Below are positions 1-12,616 of a DNA stretch of 64,000 bases, one piece after another. Under the pieces are notes generated by a model. The model searched no databases. It had not been told where the DNA came from and was given only the letters and a program-made list of their open reading frames with translations. The stretch comes from Octopus vulgaris. Lineage: Eukaryota. The translations under genes were made by a program, and so were the position numbers. Every line of letters begins with the position of its first letter. Positions within the stretch are counted from its first letter, which is position 1. The DNA lies in NCBI GenBank assembly GCA_951406725.2, contig OX597821.1, forward strand, positions 20,274,001-20,338,000, in the 5' to 3' direction.

Positions 1-478
1 ATTGAGGTAAAATGTGTACAAACATCCTATTTGCTCTCTATCACCCGCTGCCGTATGCATAAACGTGGAGTTTCTAGCTCTTTATCTTTTATCAATTGGA
101 ATTATCGAACAGAGGTGGATCTTGACTGATTTGCAGTAGAATTGACGAAAATAGTAAAAGTTGTATGTAAAGAATATATATGGAAGTCCGAGACATTTTT
201 GCACGATGTTTCTGCTTTCAATAAAATTGCGCTGGCCAATCTTCAAATGTGTTTATGAATATGTTTGCTTGTACATTATTCTTCTACTTAATTTATTTTA
301 TTTTCTTGAATAATCTGCAACGTTTGATTTATGGTGACGATCCGGGACTTTTCTGATACTTATGAAGTATACACGTTCTACATAAAATTTTTAAATTCTT
401 TGTTTTCTAGTGTAAATTAACCAAAGAAAGATACAGACTACCCAAAGTGCATACACTCACAGACACACGCCCACATAC

Positions 479-547
<69 letters not shown>

Positions 548-558
548 CATCTCTATCT

Positions 559-1658
559 AACTCTCTGCAATGGGTGTGAGGGATGACCTTTTTAACTGGT
601 TGAAATCCTTCATCCTCAGCCGAAAGGAGGTAGTCACAGTTCTAGGACAGCACTCTACACCATATGAGATGTCATCGGGTGTACCACAGGGATCTGTCCT
701 TGGTCCCCTCTTGTTTGTGGCATACATTAATGTCATAGATGCCAATTTAAAGAATGCCACAGTATTGAAATATGCAGACGACATCAAGCTGTACCTTGAA
801 ATCAAGAGGACAGATCTTGATGTCTACAACTCTTTCCTGCAATCAGACTTAGACACAATGCAGCAATGGATCACAGACTGGCAACTGAAACTGGCTGTGG
901 ACAAGTGTACCACCATGCATTTTGGGAGAAAAAACCCTGCGTCCACATACTCCCTCCACAACACTGATATCAAGAAATCCTCTTGCGAGCGTGACCTAGG
1001 TATCACTGTCAGCAGTGATTTGCGTTGGACAAAGCATATCTCTAAAATTGTCAAGAAGCCCGAGGGTGTCTTGGCATCACTCAGCAAGACTTTTGTTAGC
1101 CGCTCTCCAGCCATCTATTTAAAACTGTATACAGCTATGGTACGACCACACTTGGAATTCGCATCATCAGTTTGGAACCCCTATCTTGCTCAGAACATTG
1201 ACCTCCTGGAATCTGTCCAGAGACGTGCAACCAAACGCATACCCTCCATCAGACACCTACCATATTCTGAGCGCCTTGTTTCCCTGGGCATGGATTCACG
1301 GAAGCTCCGGCGTCTGGCGACGGACTTGGTAAACACCCGCAAAGTTATCAACCACCTCACCAACAACAACACTGAACACCTTTTTGATCTCCATGTGTCT
1401 AACACACGTGGACATGCCTACAAAGTCAGAAAACAACACAGCTCCCATGACTTTCGGAAACATTTTTTCACGCTCAGAGTTGCTGAAGCATGGAATAAAC
1501 TGCCTGCGTCAGTTGTTGACTGCCATGACACTGCATCCTTTAAGCCCTCATGCTTTCCGAAATCCGCCGAAACTACACCTGATTATATATACACTTTAGA
1601 TGAGTCGTAGTGCACCTGAGCACTGTACACAATGATTATTATTATTATTATTATTATT
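559..1658 (+). mobile_element. 5'-truncated CR1-type LINE (RT C-terminal half, 3' UTR and (ATT)n tail)
   Basis: ORF 570-1610 has SGVPQGSVLGPLLF, YADD, RPHLEFASSVWNPY, LESVQRRATK, TRGH and FFTLRV..WNKLP motifs typical of CR1/L2-group ORF2. A short 3' UTR (gtgcacctgagcac hairpin) leads into (ATT)n at about 1636-1658. Confidence 0.93.
570..1610 (+). pseudogene. Truncated LINE reverse transcriptase ORF (no endonuclease or N-terminal RT domains)
   Basis: 346-aa open frame starts mid-RT directly after a (TATC)n tract. The extreme C-terminus looks frameshifted after ASFK. Confidence 0.85.
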
Positions 1659-1805
1659 AGACATGCTCACTTCCCGAGACATGCTCACTTCCCGAGCATC
1701 AAACTAATACACTAGTTTAACTCTCGGTAAGTGAAAAAGTTGTTTTACGTTTCCAGCCTACGCTCTTCAACATATATAAATAGATATGTATAGATAGATA
1801 GATAT

Positions 1806-1869
<64 letters not shown>

Positions 1870-1883
1870 ATAGACAGACAGAC

Positions 1884-1966
<83 letters not shown>

Positions 1967-2063
1967 CAGACAGATAGATATGTGGGCGTGTGTATGTGAG
2001 TGTGGGTAGTCTGGCTCTTTCTTTGGTTAATTTACATTTGAAAACAAAGAATTTAAATATCTA

Positions 2064-2185
2064 AGCGTAGGATCAAAACGTAAAAGACTTTCTCACTTCC
2101 CGAGCGATAAACTAATATATTAGTTTAACGCTCGGGAAGTGAAAAAAGTCTTTTACGTTTCGAGCCTACTCTATTCAACAGAAAA
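2064..2185. repeat. Palindrome (about 55-bp arms) of Penelope-like terminal repeat; partial second copy at about 1686-1770
   Basis: gcgtaggatcaaaacgtaaaagactttctcacttcccgagcgataaactaata|tattagtttaacgctcgggaagtgaaaaaagtcttttacgtttcgagcctac. The same sequence occurs in non-palindromic form at 9655-9720 and 35400-35465. Confidence 0.8.
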
Positions 2186-2231
2186 CCCCGACAGAAATAA
2201 GCTAAGAGAGAAAATAAAAAAGTTTTAGCAG

Positions 2232-2300
<69 letters not shown>

Positions 2301-2533
2301 TGCGTGCGGTTTTGTTTCACTGTGTGTGAATGCATGCTTGTATTTTTAGTGGTTAGGGTGCGCGTTTAAAAGTAAACAAATTATTAAACTCAATGCATAA
2401 GGGAGAGCTTCATATTGTTTGTCACACACACATACACACCCCCACACACACATACACGCACACAAATACACACTCACATATACCTTTATATATAAACAAA
2501 CATTTTTTCTTTGAAAGCGCCGAATGTATTTCG

Positions 2534-3054
2534 TAATATACGAACGCAGTATAGCCATGAAAACAACAGAACATTTGCGGATTTTATCCTTATAGGACAG
2601 AAAAGTTGTGATCAAACAACCACAGGACTCGTACATGCAACCCCAGAGATGCCGGCTGAGTACTTTACTATTAAGCTAAACAGCCCACTGACTGCAATCT
2701 CCGTCAAATTAAATGCCAAGGATCATAGCTTTTTTGGAATGCGACAACATATGTAAACAAACCTGTTTTTGTTGTTGGTTTTGGAATAGACGAGTGTGTT
2801 TCGTATTATACAGAAAAGAAAGTAGTATTTCGGATATAGTATTTCGCTAAAACATCAGAAAGATTGTGTATTTCACCCTTATAAAACGGAAAAAGTTTTC
2901 AGCAGACTGCCATGGAACACGAGCCCGCACCCCACTGGTGTCGGCTCACTACTCTACCATTAAAATATAATCCGCTGACAACAATCTCCAGCAAATTAAG
3001 GGTAGAATATACAATATTTCTGCTGTTTTCCCGGCTATACTGCGCTCGAAATAT
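2534..3054. mobile_element. MITE-like element with about 60-bp imperfect TIRs
   Basis: 2534-2592 taatatacgaacgcagtatagccatgaaaacaacagaacatttgcggattttatcctta versus the reverse complement of 2996-3054. A third, direct, degenerate copy lies at about 2835-2897. Confidence 0.65.
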
Positions 3055-4133
3055 TATTTTCCTGTCTGTCTCTCTGTATGTATGTATGTATGTATGTATG
3101 TATGTATGTATGTATGTATGTATGTATGTATGTATGTATGTATGTATGTATGTATGTATACATATATACATGCATACGTACGTACACACACACATATATA
3201 TACAAGCACACACGCACACACGCACATATATATATATATGTATACATAAATATATATATATATACATAAATATATATGTATATATATCTATATATATATA
3301 TATATATATATATGCTTATACATATATATGTACATATACCTCAAGGATAATTGTATATATATAGATCTATCACATTCTCTCTCTCTATGTTTCCAAATCT
3401 CTCTCTCTCTCTACACACACACACATATAGATACAGAAAATGATATGTATATGTATAAATATTTGAGCGTGTCGACGAAATGGTGTACCTCTAAGTGTGA
3501 ATGCGTGAATGCACATTTATTCTAGTTTCATACATACTCTATAATACTAAAACATGAACGCAAAAATTGTAGTTACTGATCTTACTTCCAATAACACGAG
3601 AAAGAATTTGCCAAATGACGTAAGACGGTACATTGATTAAACCATATGATTAACCGAATTAGTTTATGTTTCAACAATAGTGTAGTGGTCTATAAAAGCT
3701 ATAAGTCTATTATTAACTCTATGAAGTCTCCATCATTGTTAACAAATCGAACAGCATCTTAGAATTTTGCTGAATTTTCTTATCGCCAACAACTTCCTTT
3801 TATCGTCAACTTATACGGTTATCAAATAAATAGGCAGGTTTTTAATACCGACATAATTCAATTAGGTTTAGCTCGTTTTCAAACAACAGTTTATTGTTAT
3901 ACTTATCATGAATACTATTATTGCCTTTGTTTTTGTTCTTCTAGCTCTCGTCATTGTTAAAGATGTTGATCGCAATGATGCAGTCGATGATATTACATGG
4001 CGAAGAATGCGTTGAACGAAGAACGGGAAACCTGCACATTGTTCTTGTAACGTCTGTTTTGTTCCATTACAATGGACTGGAATACATGACAATGGGTTAA
4101 TAGCTAACAGAGGTGAAACATGCTAGATATATA

Positions 4134-4164
<31 letters not shown>

Positions 4165-4318
4165 GTGTGTGTGTGTGTGTGTATATACATATGTATGTAT
4201 ATGTGTGTTTCTACTTTTCTTCTTTTCTCTTTTCTTCCTTTATCGGAGTATATACACACATATATTTACAGCATATTTATGTATATATCTGTATGTAAAT
4301 TCATATATATACAAATAA

Positions 4319-4437
4319 GGCACAACCGTTGCTGTACAATAAAAAGCACGCTTCCCAACCACATGTTTACGGGTTCAGTCCCACTGCGTGACAACTTGCG
4401 GAGTGTTTTCTACTATACCTCGTGCCGACTAAATCCA

Positions 4438-4472
<35 letters not shown>

Positions 4473-4680
4473 GTGTGTGTGTGTGTAAGTGTATATACGT
4501 GCGTATCTTTGTGTATGTGTGCTTGTGACCTACCTCCTCCTGACAACCGGTACTGGGGTGTTTGCGATCCCGTAACTTACCTGGCCTAGAGAAAACGCCC
4601 GATAACATAAGGACTGGGGTCGCTTCATTCGACTAAAAGTTCTTCAAGTCAGTGATCCCAAAGTCCGAAACAAGTTGAAG

Positions 4681-4684
<4 letters not shown>
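4319..4684 (+). mobile_element. SINE family A, degenerate copy
   Basis: B-box gggttcagtccc, internal (TA)n(TG)n, ctggggtcg module and gaaacaagt tail. Aligns to 21059-21513. Confidence 0.75.
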
Positions 4685-4717
<33 letters not shown>

Positions 4718-4920
4718 TGCAGCACGGAATTTTGTCAATGAACAGGTCGCTGTCTGAAAGCCACGAAAATATTTTGGCAAATTTATTTTAAATGTTGAAG
4801 TGAAACTAACGGTTTTTCTGTATTTCTTAAATGGCTTATAAAACCTTCCACGTTTTATTTGTTTTCGTTCCGGCACACGATCTCAGATCAGGTCACTTGC
4901 TATGCAAGTACATTTCCGTA

Positions 4921-4959
<39 letters not shown>

Positions 4960-5409
4960 GAGAGAGAGAGAGAGCAAACGTGTGTGTGAGTGCATATATA
5001 TGTATGAGAGTTCATGTGCCTGTGTGTACAAGTGTGTGTAATATGTCTGTATATTTGGATGCAGTATGATGAATCAATGTGTTTAAGAATCTTTCCATCC
5101 ATCAAACCCATCATGTGATCCCAATGGATACCTTAACTCGGTTGATGCCTTTTCAATTCTCCCGGGCTACACAAACTGTTTCAGTGGTCTTGTTTTGAGG
5201 AAATACATGTATAAACTTCTCAGTTAAGCTGAATCAATAATTTTAGTGTCCACCGGTGCCACAACGTTTTACATCGATTCTACAAGAGAATTTACTAGAA
5301 TGTGTACATATCTGTGGAATATTCAGCCATATTGAGTGATTAGGTCGTACAGTTAATCGAACAAGTGGATGCTCACACTTTGACATCGATAGGAGAGGCA
5401 GTTACATAT

Positions 5410-5735
5410 ATTTTACTTGTGTTAGTCATTGGACAGCGATCATATAGGAGCACAAGCCCGAAGGTATTAAGAGGGAAAACAGACGACACTATTTATTCGT
5501 AAAGTTTGATAAATATTCTGTCGAACCATATACCGAGTGGTTACCATGTGGGAAAGGATAAACACAAACACACACTCATATACACATATATTTGCGACGG
5601 GTTTCCACACAGTTTCTATCCACCACATTCACTCATGATGTATTGATCGGCTCGGAGCTGAAACGGAAGATTGTTACGCAAGATGGTACGCAAAGTAATT
5701 AAACCCGAAACCTAGTGCAACACTTTAACCACTAT
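5410..5735 (-). mobile_element. SINE family A, highly degenerate copy
   Basis: ttttacttgtgttagtcatt tail, cgacgggtttcc..cagtttc..cattcactca middle, and head near 5700-5735. Confidence 0.55.
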
Positions 5736-5743
5736 ATATTCTT

Positions 5744-6321
5744 TTCTACGCTAGGCACAATGCCCGAAAATTTGGGGGAGAGAGCCAGTCGATTAGATCG
5801 ACCTCAGTACGCATCTGGTACTTAATTTATCGATACCGAAAGATGAAAGGCAGAGTCGACCTCGGCGAATTTGAACTCAGAACGTAAAGATAGACAAAAT
5901 ACCGGCGTGCTAACGTTTCCCTTCTACACTAGTCACAAGGCCCGATTTTTGCGGGGAGGGGGCCAGTCGATTAGATCGGCCCTAGTACGCAACTGGTACT
6001 TAATTTATGGACCACGAAAGGCTGAAAGGCAAAGTCGACCTCGGCGAAATTTGAAATCAGAACGTAAAGACAGACGAAATATCTGTTTCTTTACTACCTA
6101 CAAGGGGCTAAACATAAAGGGGACAAACAAGGACAGACAAACGGATTAAGTCGGTTACATCGACTCCAGTGCGTAACTAGTACTTAATTTATCGACCCTG
6201 AAAGGATGAAAGGCAAAGTCGATCTCGGCAGAATTTGAACTCAGAACGTAAGGACAGACGAAATACCGCTTAAGCAATTCGCCCGTCGTGCTAACATTTC
6301 TGCCAAGTTCCCGCTTTTCTT
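5744..6321 (-). mobile_element. SINE family B (tRNA head + Nin/Deu-like core) head-to-tail trimer
   Basis: Three copies of the core ggtacttaatttatcga...gaaaggcaaagtcgacctcggc..atttgaactcagaacgt, flanked by the perfect 16-bp direct repeat accactatatattctt (5728-5743 / 6322-6337). Confidence 0.9.
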
Positions 6322-6586
6322 ACCACTATATATTCTTCATGGAAATCTTTAGCAGGTAGATTTCCATCGTCCAGCTGTTTCTTCTTGAAGAAATAAGAGC
6401 TGAAGTCCAATTCATTGCAGATAAATCCACATATGAATATTTGTGGATACATCCACAAATATTCATCGAAACTTTGTAGAATCTAATAGAATTAGTGCCC
6501 CCTTCTAGATTTCATTTATCCCATTTTCTCTGTCAGTATGTCATACAGAAATAGACTTGGTAACAGACAGGGCATCACCCCATAAT

Positions 6587-6742
6587 GTAGCTAGAGGGGG
6601 CGCAGGGGCGCCCCGGGTGGCACTTTTATGAGGGCGGCACTACTTTTCGGTCTGCTGTAGTCAATATCAATATTTTGTGGGGGCATGTGGGCGACAAACT
6701 GAAGGCTCTCCCCGTGTGGCACACACTCCAACTACGCTAGTG
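6587..6742. mobile_element. hAT-type MITE (left TIR partly deleted)
   Basis: Right TIR ctacgctagtg, left remnant gtagctag, flanking cataat repeat. Same family as 13827-13892. Confidence 0.65.
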
Positions 6743-7029
6743 GCATAATCTATCATTCGCAACAAACACCTTACGTTTAATAACAGGATATCAGAATGAA
6801 TAGTGTTGTGTTGAGTTAGGTAGGGACGCGCTATCACAGCGAATATGAACCAGTGTGTCGTTTGCACCTAGCCATTCGACTAATAACATACGTGTCATAT
6901 CTCCCATCGATCAGGTTGATGAAGGCACTTCATGATTCAGCATTATTACTAATCAATAGCATTCACCAGCTTAATCTTAACACAATACTTATAAGCTACA
7001 TCATTATACATCAGTTCCAACCGTTAGTT

Positions 7030-8910
7030 GTACTACTGCAACAACCACTGCCGTCGCCACCCCACCTAGCTACCACTGCTACCATTTCAATGAGCAACAG
7101 CACCGCTACTTGACACGAATACTGCAGTATGTATCACTAATATTATCACCATTAGCAACATCAGCAACATCAGCACAGATGTGATCACCACCGCCGCCGC
7201 CGCTGCTTCGCGCAAACACCTCGCATGTCAGCATACTAAGAACATCACAGAACGTACAATCGTGACCGCAATACTCATCACCAACGTCAGCATCACCTCC
7301 AACTGTGCACTAGCTACGATGACGACCAATTCAGTCATCAACTCCGCTCATAACAACAGCAAAGCAAAATATTTGTTTTTTGTTTTTTTTTACTACCGTT
7401 ACCACCCGCACCATACCCACAACCACTTCTATCGACCTCACTTAGCAGCGACAACCATCGCCACCACTAAAAATACCCCTCTCTCAACACCCCCCCCCCA
7501 TCATCGCTGCCGTCGCCTCCACCGTCGCCACCCCCACTACTGCCACCACCTCCACCCCGTCACCATGACAGCCATCCAGTTGCCTTTACCCCTTCCATGA
7601 CTATCAGCCAGCATTAACAATAATAACTATCTTCGCTATGACCAACCACAATCACCACAACTATTACCAATACTATCACCACTCCTACCGCTACAAAAAT
7701 CAACCACCGCCTCAGCTATCACCAATACTACTAACACCACTATAATCAACAATCTTCGAAGAACACCCCCTCCAACACCACCACCACCATCACTACCATC
7801 ACCCCTCCCCCATCACCCCCACCCCCATCATCACCACCACCACCACAACCGGTAGACATTATTACTTCGACCACTACCAACCAGCACAACAAACAATAAC
7901 CGTCTCCACTATCACTAACAAGTACAATTAACCACTAACCAATACGGTCACCACGACTACCACTACTAAAATCAACCAATGCCATCGCCATCTACAATAC
8001 TATCTCCGCCACTATCAACAACAACCACAGCTTATGCCAGCCACCATATCTACTATCAACCACTACCACCCCCACCACCATCACCACCTTCTATGTAGAA
8101 CCACTTTCACTGCTACTACTGTGGGACATGCAAATCACCCGTATAAAATGTAAGCTAGAGACAAAGACTTATCTTTAGAATTGGTTTCCTTTGAAGTTTG
8201 TCGAACTATCAATTGTACTTATCACGTGGTCTACTTAATCTACAGAGATCAAAAGAAATTACCGACTCCATCGTCTCCATCAAATCTGTTCCAACAACCT
8301 TCCTCAGATATCATCGCCACCTTTACCTTCCCTATCACGACTATCACGACACCATTCCAGCAGCCTCCATCATCACCATCGACGACACCACTGACACCAT
8401 CATCATCACCATCAACTGTAAACAACAACATCAGCATCGTCGCATCCACCAACTCCGCAATTTTTAACATCTCCATCGCTATTACAGCTACCAGCTTTGC
8501 TACAAGTACAAGATTCCCTATATATCCCTATTTCTTTCGCCACATATACAACAGCCACCAACAATACCACCGTCACTATCACCACCATAACCACCCCACC
8601 ACCACTAACACCACCACCACCACCACCACCACCATCACCACCATCACCACCACAAATACCTCCGTCAATAGTGTTGCCCCTATCATCAATATCGCCGTCC
8701 ACATATTCACCACACATACACAAATTCCCTTCGCGAATCATGACTTCATCAGCATAGCCATGGCCATCGTCAACACTAACACCACCTCCACCTCCACCAC
8801 CACAAACCACCACCACCACCACCACCAACACCACCACCAACATCACCACCACCGTAACCATCAACAATATTATTACCATTACCACTTACACCAAAACTAC
8901 CATCCACCTG
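7030..8910. repeat. Degenerate (CAC/CAT/CAA)n low-complexity tract
   Basis: Strong C/A strand bias with poly-Thr/His/Pro translations in all plus frames. Confidence 0.85.
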
Positions 8911-8971
8911 TGGAGGACAAACACAAACGGAAACACACACATACACACATAGACATGCACATACACACACG

Positions 8972-9014
<43 letters not shown>

Positions 9015-9099
9015 TAATAAAAGAATAGAACATATGCATATATATAAACATATATGTACGTACCTACCTCTACATGTACATATACACGCATATATGTGT

Positions 9100-9559
9100 A
9101 CAGGACACCAAAAAGACGTCGAACACATAGAGACGAAAAACATAGACACAAACCAAGGAACAGGACAAGAAAAAATGGAGTACAGGACAATTAGCACAAC
9201 CAAAAAACCCCTTCTTCAGTCGCTAAGGTTTCATCTACTCTACGTTTCGAAGGATAAAAGCGAGACGTATCTTCGAAGAAACTTCCTTCCTGCGAAAAGC
9301 AAATCAATTAAAATTCTGAGATCTTTTCGCAGAGGGGTAAAAAATGGTAAAAAAAGCAAGACGGTAACGACAGTACAAACATATAAACAGTAAAAAAAAA
9401 TAGATATATATAAACAGTAGAAAAATAAATATATAACAGTAAGAGACAGGAATATATATAAAGTTAATTCAAACAAGAAAACACAAAAAAAACAACAACG
9501 CGAGGACGTGGAACAAATATAGTATTATTGGACGCTCAGGAAAGAAGGGAAGACAGAGG

Positions 9560-9560
<1 letters not shown>
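9100..9560 (-). repeat. Additional Penelope-associated repeat modules (probable)
   Basis: Contiguous with the PLE tail, separated by (TA)n. Contains tacgtttcg (reverse complement cgaaacgta) as in the PLE terminal repeat. Confidence 0.4.
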
Positions 9561-9589
<29 letters not shown>

Positions 9590-9590
<1 letters not shown>

Positions 9591-10920
9591 GGAATTTACA
9601 AAATAACAAACAAAAACAAAAGACAAAGACGGGTGTGTGAACAACAAACAAATGTATTAGTTTAACACTCGGGAAGTGAAAAAGTATTTTACATTTTGAG
9701 CCTACGCTCTTCAATAGAGAGGGACACAGAAACAAACAGAAAATTTAAAAAATGGTAGAGTGGCTAGCGATCAGTCATGGTGAATGCCGGACATGGATGG
9801 TCAGACTGGAGAGCTAGGAAGAAGGTGAGATAATAAAGTAGCGGTAATCCCAAAACGAAGGTGCGCGTGCGTGTGTATGTGAGAGCGTGTATGTGCGTTT
9901 GAATAGGGGCTGCTGACCTCGACGTGTGCGTTTGTGCATGTGTAGTTGTTTGGATGATGGTGTGAGTGCTGGGAAGTGATCAGTGCTATTGGGTGCAGGG
10001 TGGTGTGATGTTATGTGGTGTTGTGTGGCATGTAGGTGTGTAGTGTGGTGTGGTGGTGTGTGGTGCGGTGGTGTGTGGTGTGCGCTGTCGTGGTGTGTGG
10101 TGTGGTGATGTGTGGTGTGTGGTGTCGTGGTGTGAGGTGTGGTGTCGTGGCGTTCTGGTATGGGGTAGGTGAGGTTGGGTTATATAAGAGTGGAATGTGT
10201 GGGATGTATAGGGATGGTGGGGTTGGAATGTGTGGGATAACGATGAAGAGGGACGATGGAGGGGAGGGTGGACGGGAGATGGTGGGTAGGCGTGAAGAGA
10301 GGAAGTAGGTATGAGAGGACGAGAGGAGAGAAGAGGGGAGGAGAGTTGAGCCCATATGGCGCAAGGGAACGAAGAGAGAAGATTAATTTCCGTTCACGGC
10401 GAAACGGATGTCCGGATGGCCCCTGTGCGAGGACAATCCGAACACGGACAGGTGCTGTAAAGAATGAATGATAGGGCGGAAATGGCGCGAGACCGGGGTG
10501 TCGTTGCCGAGACTAATGTCTCGGAGGTTTTTCCGCGAACCGGTCAGCCAGGCGATGTCCCGTTTGACCGATGTACAGAGGACAAAGAGAGCAGGAGATG
10601 CAGTAGATTACGTTGCTGGAAGCGCAGGTGAAGGAGTCAGTGATATGATAGGATCGATGATGTGTGCCTGTGATGATGATGGTATTGGGGAGTTAAGGGC
10701 AAGTGCGGCAGCGTGGGCGGGAGCAAGGGAACGATCCGGGTTGGGAGGTAGGGTTAGGGAGTAAACTGTAGACGTAGAGGTCAGGTACGCTGTAGGCTAG
10801 TTTGAAGGAGGGGAGAGGTCAGTCAGGGAAGATGTGCGAAGTGGAGGAGTGGGACTGGAATCGCCAGAATGCTCGCAGAATGGTGCGTTTGAAGGGTGGT
10901 AGGGGAGGGGCAACGGGAGA
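9590..10920 (-). mobile_element. Penelope-like retroelement 3' part: GIY-YIG endonuclease remnant, 3' UTR and terminal repeat
   Basis: Minus-strand translation of about 10760-10340: PGSFPCSRPRCRTCP*..FTCASSNVIYCISCSLCPLYIGQTGHRLADRFAE(fs)LRDI..PVSRHF..RERKLIFSLRSLAPYGLN. The terminal repeat at 9590-9790 matches 35335-35525. Confidence 0.9.
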
Positions 10921-10925
10921 ATGGT

Positions 10926-11090
10926 ATATATACGACGGGCTTCTTTCAGTTTACGTCTAACAAATCCAGTCGCAACAGTCTGTTAAGCCCGCTGCCAAAG
11001 TAGAAGACACTTGTCCACGGTTCCAGGTAGTGGTACTGTTCCCAGAATTATATGATTGGGAAGCAAGCTCCTTACCGCACATCGATGCCT
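10926..11090 (-). mobile_element. SINE family A, 5' half
   Basis: cgacgggcttctttcagttt..caaatcca..tagaagacacttg matches other family A copies. Confidence 0.7.
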
Positions 11091-11108
11091 GTTGCGTAAT
11101 ATATAACC

Positions 11109-11341
11109 TATTTCTTTACTACCCACAAGGGGCTACACACAGAGGAGACAAACAAGGACAGACAGACGGATTAAGTCGATTACATCGATCCCAGTGCGTA
11201 ACTGGTACTTAATTTATCGACCCCGAAAGGATGAAAGGCAAAGTCGACTTCGGCGGAATTTGAACTCAGAACCCAGCGGCGGACGAAATACCACAAAGCA
11301 TTTCGCCCGGCATGCTAACGTTTCTGCCAGCTCGACGCCTT
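11109..11341 (-). mobile_element. SINE family B monomer with 19-bp TSD
   Basis: Full head, core and tail 1. Flanks are tgtt(g/a)cgtaatatataacc at 11090-11108 and 11342-11360. Confidence 0.9.
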
Positions 11342-11928
11342 TGTTACGTAATATATAACCGTTGAGATAGAACTTGATGTGTTCCTTTACATTCTGAAAC
11401 AGATGCCCGGGAAGACAGTTTGTGTTATCATATAGATAATTGCATGTACACGTTAGTCTGCAACAGCCATATTCTAAAATGGGTAAAAAGTAGAAAACAA
11501 GTAAATATAGACTTAGATTATTATCTATTATGATAACATCTTTACAGATAAAGTCTTGCGTCATGATTGCGTAATCGTCACAGAAACACATGTAAAGTCC
11601 TTTATTTACATTATTTACATTTGACCTCATTTTGGTTGTAAAGTCGTTATGAATAAATAATTAACATTCTACCGTTATATTCCGTCTGGTAATGATATGT
11701 GTGTAGGTGTGTGTGTGCGCGCGTGCTAGTGCCAGTGTATAAAATTGTGTTTGTTTTGTTTTACCAAATTCCTTAGGTTTATGCTGCAATTTCTGTGCAC
11801 CGCCGTGTCTGTGATTTGACACCCGCGTTACTCAATCGTGTGCCCAGACTCTTAATTATTTAGAACATACAAAGCGTGATTGGATAATATGGGAAGAATG
11901 GTAGTGAGGAAAAACTAGAATTGTAAAG

Positions 11929-12160
11929 TAGTGAAGTAAGTAAAGTTGCTTCTCGAATCATATAGATTCATAGGGCCGTTTCCCTCGGTTCCATGGTGAA
12001 TATTTTGCCCACCTGGACGTCGCAGGATTACTCAGTTTTGCCAGATAGGCGAAATGGAGTGAGTTGCACAATAACGCAATGCGTTGCCCGGTTCAGGATT
12101 CGAAACAACGATCTTACGAACGTGAGTCGAACACCCTACCACTAAGCCATGTGCCTCCAC
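11929..12160 (-). mobile_element. SINE family E (tRNA head, V-SINE-like tail) with 12-bp TSD
   Basis: The reverse complement begins gtggaggcacatggcttagtgg, with A and B boxes. TSD agaattgtaaag at 11917-11928 and 12161-12172. Confidence 0.8.
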
Positions 12161-12320
12161 AGAATTGTAAAGACAGTTAGTAAAAAGATAATTCAATAGA
12201 TGCTATCACATATGCAAGAAATGATATAGAAAAAGTTAACGCATTTTCTAAATTAGAATGATTTATTAGAATTCTGTTCTAAGTATTTCCTTTGTAAATG
12301 TTACTATAATGAACATCTTA

Positions 12321-12616
12321 TATGTTTGTTCCTTCTCGAGCCACGCCTAGCTTATAAGGGCCGGTTTCCCGGTTTCCTTGGCGTATAGGTTCCCCACCAG
12401 GGCGAGACGCCGGTCCTTTGCAGGTGAACTGCAAGATGCAAGAGGAAAGAGTGAGAGAAAATTGTGGCGAAAGAGTCAGCAGAAGTTCGCCATTATCTAC
12501 TGCCGGAGCCGCGTGGAGCTTAGCTGTTTCGCTCATAAACACAGATACCACCCGATCTGAGATTCGAACCCGCGATCCCTCGACCGCAAGTCCGCTGCTC
12601 TAACCACTAGGCCATC
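12321..12616 (-). mobile_element. SINE family D (tRNA-Arg-like head, V-SINE-like tail)
   Basis: Close reverse complement of 27010-27313. A box tggcctagtgg, B box ggttcgaatc. Confidence 0.88.

Larger units (their letters stand above)
390..2060. repeat. Inverted repeat: arm about 390-550 (about 90 bp unique + (TATC)n) versus arm about 1790-2060 ((GATA)n + same unique sequence)
   Basis: Left ttaaattctttgttttctagtgtaaattaaccaaagaaagatacagactaccc...acacgcccaca matches the reverse complement of tgtgggcgtgtg...gggtagtctggctctttctttggttaatttacatttgaaaacaaagaatttaa. Confidence 0.85.

Noticed and set aside
3908-4015. Short signal-peptide-like ORF MNTIIAFVFVLLALVIVKDV...
   Set aside because: Only about 35 codons, expected by chance in T-rich DNA, with no supporting gene structure.
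8181-9017. 278-aa Thr/His/Ser-rich ORF (mucin-like) and overlapping ORFs
   Set aside because: Degenerate CAC/CAT repeat that lacks stops by composition, runs into (CA)n(TA)n, has a non-ATG start, and shows no domain or splice evidence.
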